Of a stretch of DNA of 58,612 bases, positions 50,402 through 58,612 are shown piece by piece. Origin of the DNA: Candidatus Bathyarchaeota archaeon (lineage in GTDB: Archaea > Thermoproteota > Bathyarchaeia > Bathyarchaeales > Bathycorpusculaceae). The stretch spans positions 1 through 58,612 of the forward strand of contig CAWHDT010000006.1 in assembly GCA_963828195.1 (NCBI GenBank), read 5' to 3'. Made by a program: the position numbers and the translations under genes. How positions within the stretch are numbered: position 1 is the first letter of the stretch; every line of letters starts with the position of its first letter. The notes under the pieces were generated by a model. The model did not search any database, was not told the DNA's origin, and saw nothing but the letters and a program-made list of their open reading frames with translations.

Positions 50402-53069
50402 ATTTTTTCACCTCCAATTTCGGTTTTTGGTTCGATCGGCAAGGTAACTTTGAAAGTTGTTCCCTTGCCCATTGCTGTTTTAACTGTTATTGTCCCCATA
50501 TGCGCTTCAACTATTCGTTTGCATATAGCTAAGCCGAAACCCATGCCTTGCGCCTTCGTAGTGCACAGCGGGGTGAAAAGCTTCGGTAAAACCTCTTCGT
50601 TAATGCCTACGCCGGTGTCAGAGAAAGAAAGTTCCAAGACGTCATTTACCTGTTTACTAGCAATCGTCAATTTGCCACCGTTTGGCATCGCATCAATGGC
50701 GTTTTTGATAAGATTTGTGAACACGCGTTTCATTTTGTCAGAATCTACCTTAAGCCTTGGCTTCTGTCTAAGACGATTTACAATTTTCACTTTTTCTGGA
50801 ACCTGCACCATAGCTAAAGATTCAAACAGCAAAATCTTTGATGACTCTTCCTTCAACTCTAAATGAATTTCTCGTGAGTAATCCAAAAGATCATTGATTA
50901 TTTTGTTTGAGTAATCTACCGCATTTGTCGATTGTTTCAAGCATTTCTTTAGCATGAATCTCTGATTTCTGCTCCTTTCTTTTTCAAATAGTAAGCGGAG
51001 TTTTTGATTCCTGACAACGGATTACGCAGATCATGCCCAACCATCCCAGCCAACTCGCCGATAGCTGCAAGGCGTTCGGTCTTGACGAGTTTTGTCTGGG
51101 TCTGTTTTAGCAGTTCAGTTCTTTTTTCGACGAGGTCTTCGAGCTGTTTAATTTTTGTTATATCCACTGCAAGCTCTAAAACGGCGACGATATTGCCTTT
51201 TTTGTCTTTCATTGGGGTGGAAGTGATTTCAAAACGTCGGGTGTCCCCCTCTGTTGTAACTGTAGCTTCATGTTTGTCAATGTTTGCGCCGTCAAAAATT
51301 TTCTTAACACCGCAAGACGGGCAAATCGAGTTACTTCCTGGTATTATTTCGTAACAGGTTTTTCCTTCTATGTCGCCAAACGTTTGTTTTGAATATGGGT
51401 TAGTCCAGATTATCTTGTAGTCTTTGTTAACGAGCATTAGGCCAGCGCTAATATTCTGTGTCACCGCTTCAAACTTGTTTTTTTCCTCCTCGAGTTTTTC
51501 CTGCAACTGCTTCTTTTCCGTTATGTCAACCGTAAGCTCTAATGCCGCTGTGACCTTTCCCTCGGCGTCCTTAAGGGGAGTCGAGATGAGTTCATACCAG
51601 CATGGTAGACCCTTTTCATGTAAGGTTTTATTGAAGTACTCTCGAGAGTCAAAAGGTGCGCCCGCAAAGATTTTTTCTGGTCCACAGCCTGGGCAATTTG
51701 TCTCTAGCGTATTAAATGTTGAATAGCACGTTTTGTTTGTGCTATCTCCCGAAAGATTTTTCAAAAAGTTGTTTGTCCAAAGTATGCGGTAATTCTTGTC
51801 AACTATTACCAGCCCAGCACCGATGCTTTTAGTGATGTCTTCAAGCATGTCACGTTCCTGCTTAATGGAGGCTTCCATCTGTTTCTGTTCAGAAACATCT
51901 CTGACAATCGCAACAATACAGTTTTTATCTTTCAGCTTAACTGAAGCTACTGACAGGTCAATCGGAATTCTTGTTCCATCTTTTCTTGCTGATGTAAACT
52001 CAAAGCGTTTTTTTGAAAATGAACTGTTCTTTAACTCGGTTAGTAACGCTTCATGATTTTTGCGTCCCCACTGTGGAATGACTAATTCAGACAGTTTGTC
52101 GCCTAACGCCTCTGATTCTGTGAAGCCGAAGATTTTCTCTGACGCCGGATTCCAGTAAATAATTTTGTCTTCTTCATCCACTAAAATGACGGCGTCTAAT
52201 GCAGAGGTGCTTATGGCGCGGAATCGCTCTTCGCTCGCTCGAAGTTCCTCTTCAAGTTGTCTGCGTTCGGTTATGTCTTTTACTACTCCAACCGCATTCC
52301 ATTTGCCGCATAATTTTATAGGTGAAATTGACAATTCAGCTGGGAATTCGGTGCCGTCTTTGCGGAAACCCAATAGCTGAACGTTTCCAAATGTGAAATA
52401 GCCTGTTCCCGTCTCAGTAAATATCTTTACACTTGATTTGATACGTTCTTTTCCTTCTTTGCATAAAGTGTTTGGAACGACGAGTTTGTGTATGTCTTTT
52501 CCGATAGCCTCTTCGCTTTTGTAGCCGAATATTTTTTCAGCAGCGGGATTCCAGCATGTAACCCTGGCTTTTTCATCCACTAAGATCATGGCATCCTTCG
52601 ATTCTTGGAAAAGTTTCCTATATTTCTCCTCGGATTCTTGCCGTTGTTCGTCTATTTTCGCAATTTTTACCATTAGTTGCCCTTGCAGTTTTCTTTTTTC
52701 TGTTACATCATGTAGAACGATCAAGTCGGCTTGCTCTCCAAAGTAATCGATTCGATTGCCTTTCGGCTCAAAATATCTGCGCTTTCCATTTACGGAAACT
52801 GGGATGTCGTAATTCTCGATTTTTTCGCCTTTCATTCTTTTCTGGAGTTGATTTTTAACCAGTGTCTTTGTTTTTTCATCAATTATTTTTAAATCTTCGA
52901 TGTGGTTACCTATTAATTCCTCGCTTGATAGTCCAAGAAGAATGGTTGCGGTTTTGTTGACAGCCAGCACAACTCCTTCTTGGCTGAAGACCATGATAGA
53001 GTCCGAAACGAAGTTTAGGAGCTCCTGAAAATTGTCTTTATATGCGCTGCTTCTGCTTTTCCTCGGCAT
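50353..53069 (-). CDS. Multi-PAS histidine kinase, split by frameshifts near 50920-50965
   Basis: Five PAS domains and H-box GHDLRNPL in 50949..53069; HATPase domain in 50353..50955; bridging EMLETIDKC lies in the third frame. Confidence 0.88.
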
Positions 53070-53442
53070 TAACCCAAACCTCTACTTCACCTAATTTCCC
53101 CTTATCTTCATAACAGAGCCTCACGAGCTCAACATACTGTTTAAACGTCAAATCGGGAACAAGCCAGCCTGGACCATTCCATTCGTAAAAGCAAGCGACT
53201 TTTTTCTGGAGCTTCTTCATGATTAATATCTCTAAATACTTGGCTGCCACGCCGAAAATTCGTTCAAGCGCATTTGAAAAATCATCGATTCTGTAAGGAA
53301 TATCCTGCTTTGGAAAAATGAACTCGTGCTCCAAGTGAAAGTAGATTGAAGTTTTCACGTTTTCTCCTAAACTTAAAAATGCTTCATCTACAGCTTCCAG
53401 TAGAACAGCTTCAAATTTTTTGGATCTCCCATCTCTACTCAA
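53038..53442 (-). CDS. DUF3227-like small protein associated with archaeal signalling loci
   Basis: LLEAVDEAFLSLGE...IYFHLE...FSNALERIFG pattern; overlaps the kinase start. Confidence 0.7.
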   Translation of the reverse strand: MSRDGRSKKFEAVLLEAVDEAFLSLGENVKTSIYFHLEHEFIFPKQDIPYRIDDFSNALERIFGVAAKYLEILIMKKLQKKVACFYEWNGPGWLVPDLTFKQYVELVRLCYEDKGKLGEVEVWVNAEEKQKQRI

Positions 53443-54028
53443 TTGTACATCCCCGAGTCTGCCTTTTCTCTCACTGGTGGCTTATGGACCAATTTTTTAG
53501 AGTTACTAATTCTAAAACGAGGGTAAGAGACTAAAAGCGTTATGAATTTCTAATTATAACTGCTAGTCATTAAGATGGCTAAACGATTTATTGTTAGATT
53601 CTGTGTACATTACGGAAAGCATAGCGTTTGAAATCATACTGGTAGCTTTTATCGGTGAAGCCGTTTTAAAAAGTGGTCTGATCAGCTTTTCACTCGGCAA
53701 GTTTTTAATCTTTTTTTTGGGATGCAAGGTCATCGGCGGCTCTAACCAGCTTCTTTTAAAAACATCTATCTCCACTGATACAAAAATAAGCATTAGGCTG
53801 CTGACAGAAAGATGGGGATACTTTGATATGAAAAATACGTCAAAAGTGCGAGTATCCCTATGTAATCAAAACCAAGCATGCTTGGAGTGCTTACATTTGT
53901 TGACAACCAGACAGCGCCTGCGTTTGTTTTATTGCGGTTTCATCTCTTGACGTAGTTTGGGGATGTTAAGGTTTTTATTACGGCTTGGCTTGTTTCATTT
54001 AGCTCCTCTGAAAAGCATGTATCTGACT

Positions 54029-54107
54029 GGGGCCGTCGTCTAGCATGGTTCAGGATACGTGCCTGGGGCGTACGCGATCCTGGGTTCAAATCCCAGCGGC
54101 CCCACCA
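54029..54107 (+). tRNA. tRNA-Pro(GGG), CCA encoded
   Basis: GGGGCCG/CGGCCCC acceptor, anticodon arm CGTGC-CTGGGGC-GTACG, T arm CTGGG-TTCAAAT-CCCAG, ACCA end. Confidence 0.95.
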
Positions 54108-54336
54108 ATGCTCACGTTAAAAAGTACCATTTTTTCCCCTCTTTTTATTCGCCTAATTTTAAATCAACCAGATTAACCGTTCATCAATCAACTTCGTCAG
54201 AAATTTTTTACTGTATGGATTGCTTTTTTTGGTGTGGTCGTTGCGCGGAACCCAACTCGACGCGTAAGAACTCAATTGGTCAAATAGCTTCAAGCTGCGC
54301 TTGCTCTAAGTTCCAGCCCAGAGGAGGCAGCCCCAA

Positions 54337-54600
54337 ATGAGCTTTGTCGCTGATTCGTTTAAGCCTCCTTGTCTTCTCGGATACTATCCCTGCATAAGTA
54401 ATCCGTCATCAAAATATTGCGCAGTAATGGACACTTGCTCTAAGGACTTGTTTTTCTGCAAGTTTGCAAAGCTTGCATATCCTGACGGGACCGATATCTC
54501 CTGCAAGACCTACAGTTTTAGTGATCGGAATTGTACGCATGGCGGCGGATCCTGTTCTAGGCGAGCATGCCTTGAGCATCGACGTTTTGGGGGGCACTGA
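54337..54600 (+). CDS. Cys-rich hypothetical protein
   Basis: GAGGAGG SD; 9 Cys in 87 aa. Confidence 0.4.
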   Translation: MSFVADSFKPPCLLGYYPCISNPSSKYCAVMDTCSKDLFFCKFAKLAYPDGTDISCKTYSFSDRNCTHGGGSCSRRACLEHRRFGGH

Positions 54601-54605
54601 TTATT

Positions 54606-55658
54606 TTGGTTGCTGTATCTGATAACTCAACAGACAATAGTAGTAACTTAAGTGTAAACAGTTTAGTGCCTTCTTTGCAGGATAGGCGTAATAAGATTAG
54701 CAGCCGCGCCTTTTCAGTTGAATCCCGTGTTTTTCATATTATCGATGCTTCTGAAGTGGAGCTGCGTCCTGCTGAGATTGCTCGAATACTCCATAGCGAT
54801 AAGAAACCTAAGGAAATAACGCCTGGCCAGTACTCCACTGTCCGGGTTGTCTGTAAGAAACTGCTTGATAAAGGTAAAGTTGTGCAGCCGTACCAGGGGG
54901 CTTACTGCAACAAAATCACCCACACCGTGCGGTTCGTTCCACTTTGCGTGCATAATGTGACTTTGCTTGCGAAAGTCTGTCAAAATCTGAAGCATTGGGA
55001 AAATGACGAATTCATCGGAGGCGTCAAAATTCACGTCTGCTTTGGTAAGGAACGCAAACAAGTCACTGGATATATTGCCTGTGATGTCGGCGGGATGAGT
55101 CACGATGCTTGTCTTTTAGCACTTAACAGGTGGTTTGAGATCGTTGAGGGGCGGCTGGGTTATTGTCTGCAGGATTTGGTTTTGCAGACGGTTGAGTTTA
55201 ACAAGGATTATCATGGCAGGCGCATTGACGGCTTTCAATGTGTAACCAAGAAGGATCTGTATGGGATTATTGATCGGACCTATCAGAAGGAAGAGGACGT
55301 AATCCGCCGTGAGCGGAAAGTTACCCAGCCGATGAGCATTAACAAGTTTGAGGCGGAGATCCATCGGGGCATTGAGGAGATCGGACTTAGCCAGGAACGC
55401 TTTGAGCTGCAGCAGGAGGTTCGGCGGAATAGTGAGGCGATTAAGTTTACTAATAGCCGTATTTTGGAGGTTGAGAAGTTGACGGGGGCGATTTATCAGC
55501 ATATGGTTAAGCTGCCGGTTCTGGATAGCGGCGTAGCTGAAAAGTTAGCCGCGGGTATTGAGCGTCTTAATGAGGCTTTGATTCGACTGGGCGATGCAGA
55601 CGTGGATCCTAAGCGGTTGGATGAGAAGCAAAGTAAACTCGGGGAGTATGTGCGATGA
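54606..55658 (+). CDS. Hypothetical protein with N-terminal wHTH and C-terminal coiled coil
   Basis: LRPAEIARIL...STVRVVCKKLLDKGKV HTH; 350 aa. Confidence 0.7.
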   Translation: MVAVSDNSTDNSSNLSVNSLVPSLQDRRNKISSRAFSVESRVFHIIDASEVELRPAEIARILHSDKKPKEITPGQYSTVRVVCKKLLDKGKVVQPYQGAYCNKITHTVRFVPLCVHNVTLLAKVCQNLKHWENDEFIGGVKIHVCFGKERKQVTGYIACDVGGMSHDACLLALNRWFEIVEGRLGYCLQDLVLQTVEFNKDYHGRRIDGFQCVTKKDLYGIIDRTYQKEEDVIRRERKVTQPMSINKFEAEIHRGIEEIGLSQERFELQQEVRRNSEAIKFTNSRILEVEKLTGAIYQHMVKLPVLDSGVAEKLAAGIERLNEALIRLGDADVDPKRLDEKQSKLGEYVR

Positions 55659-55984
55659 GTTTGCAGATGACGGTTGATTGTCCTTGTCGCCATTGCCCCT
55701 GGAAGATGCGGAGCGAATGTGATCATTACAGGAATGTTTGTTTGGAGATCCGTAGTTGCGCCCGCTGCGAGCAGGGGCTTGAGCGATGCATTAAGGAGGC
55801 TTCTTGTTGAATCGCAATTTTTGCGCCATTTCGGATGTAGAGTTCTGTTTAAAGTTTTTAAGACTTGTTTTTAGGGGCTTTTTTGCATGGTCTTTTTCCA
55901 TGCTTTCGTCTTTGCCATTTCTTAACGTGTCTGATCAGGCTAAGACACCATTATTTTCCGTGATGTTTCAAGGAGTCGGTATCC

Positions 55985-56539
55985 ATGATTGAACAAGACG
56001 AGCAAATATCTGGCGAAAACTCTGTTCAAATAGAGGAAAGCAGCGTGGGAAAAGTCCGTAAAAAGGATCCGCGGAGCATCGAAAACAAGCTGGGGCGCCA
56101 GAAATGGCATGAAATTAAAACTGATAAGATTTATGCTCAGAATAAGCAGATTCTTGATGAGCTGCGTTGGATCCGTCACCGCTTGAAGGCGCTGGGTGAG
56201 AGTGATATCGATATGCCGATGCTTGAGCGGTACGCTTTCCGTGATCAGGTTGACAGCGAGATTTTTCAGCAAATAATGACCACTGGGGACTCTGGAATTT
56301 TCCCGAAAGATGTAGCCGTGGTCGCAGGGTTGGCGAAATATCATTTGAGGTATTATGACGTAAGCCGTCGCGTTGTGAGGATGAATAAGCGTCTGCATTT
56401 TGAGGCTGGCGAGGCTTTGTTTGAGAAGCGCGGTCACAGGTGGGCAGTTACCAAATTTGGTTTTGAGATTTGGGGTAAGAGCAAAAAAGAATTTGACGAG
56501 GAAGTAAAAGAGGAAGGACCAAAATATGGGGAATCATGA
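55985..56539 (+). CDS. Hypothetical wHTH-like protein
   Basis: AGGAG SD; VDSEIFQ...PKDVA...VSRRV...WAVTKFG. Confidence 0.65.
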   Translation: MIEQDEQISGENSVQIEESSVGKVRKKDPRSIENKLGRQKWHEIKTDKIYAQNKQILDELRWIRHRLKALGESDIDMPMLERYAFRDQVDSEIFQQIMTTGDSGIFPKDVAVVAGLAKYHLRYYDVSRRVVRMNKRLHFEAGEALFEKRGHRWAVTKFGFEIWGKSKKEFDEEVKEEGPKYGES

Positions 56540-56613
56540 GAAGAAACGTGCTAAAAAGCGTCAGCAAAAGCAACGTGAGTTATTGAAGAATTTAGGATTA
56601 TTTGGTGACAAAA

Positions 56614-57201
56614 ATGAGTGAAAAAAAGACAAGTTTGAAAGTTCCTCTTCTTGATGATTTGAAGCTTGAGGATCTTCGGCTTTTGAAGCATCATGAGGGC
56701 AATCCTAATCGGATGACTGTTAAGCAAAAAGAGCAGTTGTGGCATAGTTTGCAGCGTTATGGTTGGCTGGTTCCAATTATTACTGATGCCGACGGTATTG
56801 TTGCTGATGGTGAGCAGCGCGTTGACGTTTGCATTGCCCATGGCGAGTTTTTTGGTCCTGTTTTGCGAAGACCTCTTACTGAAGCTGAAAGATTAATTGT
56901 TGGCCAAGAACTAAACAAGCTGCGAGGTAAGCATAATCGGGAGGCAGACCGCGCAGAGTACGTGAAAATAGATGGTTTGGGTGAGCGATCTGAGTTGGAA
57001 TCGTTGCTTTCTGCTGTGGGCGAAGATCTTTCTAAAATACTGGGTGGTAGCGTAGAGCTTGGCGGTAGTAATATGATTCCTGAGACCTGCGAAATAGTGA
57101 TTCGCGGTTTTAAGGGTAAAAAGTTCGATGAGCAGGCTCAAAAGGCTGCTTGGGAGAAGCTTACGGCTGAGGGTTATGACGCGGGGTTGCTGAATCTATA
57201 G
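56614..57201 (+). CDS. ParB/Srx N-terminal domain protein
   Basis: NPNRM...SLQRYGWLVPII...IVADGEQR...LNKLRG. Confidence 0.85.
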   Translation: MSEKKTSLKVPLLDDLKLEDLRLLKHHEGNPNRMTVKQKEQLWHSLQRYGWLVPIITDADGIVADGEQRVDVCIAHGEFFGPVLRRPLTEAERLIVGQELNKLRGKHNREADRAEYVKIDGLGERSELESLLSAVGEDLSKILGGSVELGGSNMIPETCEIVIRGFKGKKFDEQAQKAAWEKLTAEGYDAGLLNL

Positions 57202-57910
57202 ATGCCGTCTTTTGATTTGGTTTTCAGTTGGCATGCTGGTAATACTTACCGGGAGCAAGCAATTACCAGTACATATGATCTTAAAGACGTGAAGCTTGAG
57301 AAGCACCTTAAAGGTAACATTCCGATTGAAGGCCTAAACTTGGCAGATAGGCTGCATTGTTGGTTCATCTGGGAGCGGAAAAACAAGTATTGCTCGGCAT
57401 TGTTGGCCAGAGGCTTATTATGCGGATCTTAAAGAAAGATACAAAGAGCCTTGTTTTCTAAATGATTTCCCGGCTGAACTTACTATAAGTGAGCTTGGCG
57501 CGGCATTATCAAGCACTGGCTTTAGTGAGCCTCCTGCATGGCTGAAAAGCTATAGTGTGTTGAGTCAGGGGCAAAAGATGCGTGTTGATATTGCGCATGC
57601 GCTTTGTTTGCCTCAGCAGCTCGTAGTTTTTGATGAGTTTACTTCAGTGATTGATCGGAATGTTGCTCAAATAGGCTCTTATGCGATAAGCAGGGCAATT
57701 CGGCATCATCCAGGTAAGCAGTTCATTGCGGTTACATGCCATTTTGATGTCTTGGATTGGCTTGAACCTGACTGGATGTATAATGTTGATACCGGAGAAT
57801 TCTTTGATTATACGAATGTAAAAAAAAACGATGTCACCCCCAAATTATTCTCTCAGTTCATAAATGCGGTTTATCCATGTGGCAGGGCTTTAGGGAGCAT
57901 CATTATTTGA
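57202..57910 (+). CDS. ABC-type ATPase, frameshifted near 57339
   Basis: After a +1 shift: WQIGCIVGSSGSGKT Walker A, LSQGQ signature, FDEFTS Walker B, VTCH H-loop. Confidence 0.82.
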
Positions 57911-58317
57911 ATACTGACCGCCTTGGTGCCGGTGTTCGCTGCTACGTTGCCAAGCTGGGAGATAAGCCCATTGCGTTTATTGCTGTTGCGCACGTGCATA
58001 TGCTTGTTAATTATTTTAGGGTTAGCCGATTAGTGGTTTTGCCCGATTACCAGGGCATCGGTGTCGGGAAACGTTTACTGAATTTTGTCGCTGAGCTTTA
58101 TACATCTCAACTGCCGGAGATTCCTTTCTATCTGGTTACGAGTAATCCTCAGCTCATCCGAAGTAACTTGGAAGGTTGGCGAGTGAAGCGTGTTGGCCAT
58201 GGCTCCAGTGGCAGAAATGATAGCAGGATAAATCGGGAGCTTGTGAAGTCAAATTCCAAGCGACGTCTAAGCGTGTCTTTGCAGTATATTCCGAAGCATA
58301 AAACGAGCGAGGCATAA
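57877..58317 (+). CDS. GNAT acetyltransferase (Mom-like), probably fused to the ATPase via a -1 shift
   Basis: FREHHYL and RVSRLVVLPDYQGIGVG motifs; frame open back to the A9 run at 57820-57828. Confidence 0.85.
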   Translation: MWQGFREHHYLNTDRLGAGVRCYVAKLGDKPIAFIAVAHVHMLVNYFRVSRLVVLPDYQGIGVGKRLLNFVAELYTSQLPEIPFYLVTSNPQLIRSNLEGWRVKRVGHGSSGRNDSRINRELVKSNSKRRLSVSLQYIPKHKTSEA

Positions 58318-58318
58318 G

Positions 58319-58612
58319 ATGGCTAAGGGCAGGACACGCAATCGACATAAACTTCGGATAATTTACGATATTCTTGACTGCTGCAGTGCTAAGCCCTTAA
58401 TTATCTCGCATATTGCCCGCAAAGCTAACGTTAGTAGCTTGCCTTTTTATGAAGTAATTGAGGGGTTAATTAAATCGGGTTTATTGACTAAGCAGGAAAT
58501 CGGTAAATCTACATTCTATAAGACTTCGCCTGCCGGTCATGACTTCATTAAGAAATATCATGATTTACTTTTTATGGTTAAACCAATGTTGGACGCTTCT
58601 GAAACGTTTATT
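58319..58612 (+). CDS. Winged-helix regulator (HTH_45-like), partial
   Basis: Manual translation MAKGRTRNRHKLRIIYDILDCC...ISHIARKANV...YKTSPAG; open to the window end. Confidence 0.8.
   Translation, partial: MAKGRTRNRHKLRIIYDILDCCSAKPLIISHIARKANVSSLPFYEVIEGLIKSGLLTKQEIGKSTFYKTSPAGHDFIKKYHDLLFMVKPMLDASETFI

Larger units (their letters stand above)
54108..58612. mobile_element. Probable provirus/integrated element starting after tRNA-Pro (continues beyond the window)
   Basis: Abrupt switch to co-oriented ORFans, HTH, ParB, ABC-ATPase and GNAT genes; no integrase seen within the window. Confidence 0.6.

Noticed and set aside
53563-53950. Overlapping ORFs on both strands before tRNA-Pro
   Set aside because: No SD or recognisable motif; cannot be supported
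57202-57910. ABC transporter
   Set aside because: No permease or binding protein; ParB/GNAT context indicates a non-transport ATPase

Overview
Archaeal chromosomal segment, most consistent with Bathyarchaeia (TACK). This is an inference from the archaeal LeuRS, a BHB-intron tRNA, frequent TTG/GTG starts, stand-alone REC proteins and membrane-anchored HTH regulators. Left to right: (1) the right arm of an integrative element (about 2.1-6.6 kb) ending in a tyrosine integrase and a tRNA-Gln-like 3' att remnant; (2) surface, protease and signalling genes; (3) an AT-rich IS6-like SWIM transposon with cargo; (4) an orphan TerS-like/TerL terminase pair bracketed by AAAGTCGCA repeats; (5) leuS; (6) a modified-pterin biosynthesis cluster (two beta-RFAP synthases, MptE, DUF1464, MptA, a PTPS with a CExxHGH motif); (7) tRNA-His and an intron-containing tRNA-Leu; (8) a probable provirus after tRNA-Pro with a ParB / ABC-ATPase / GNAT module. 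The most striking candidate new system is at 45-53.5 kb. It combines an atypical ComQ-like prenyltransferase, an MFS transporter, a SPASM radical SAM enzyme, an unannotated 54-aa peptide ending in Trp (49469..49633) and a PAS kinase/response regulator pair, and could be an archaeal prenylated-peptide signalling (ComQX-like) or RiPP locus. Several single-base frameshifts in short homopolymers may be sequencing errors. All family calls come from motif recognition by eye; no database searches were run.
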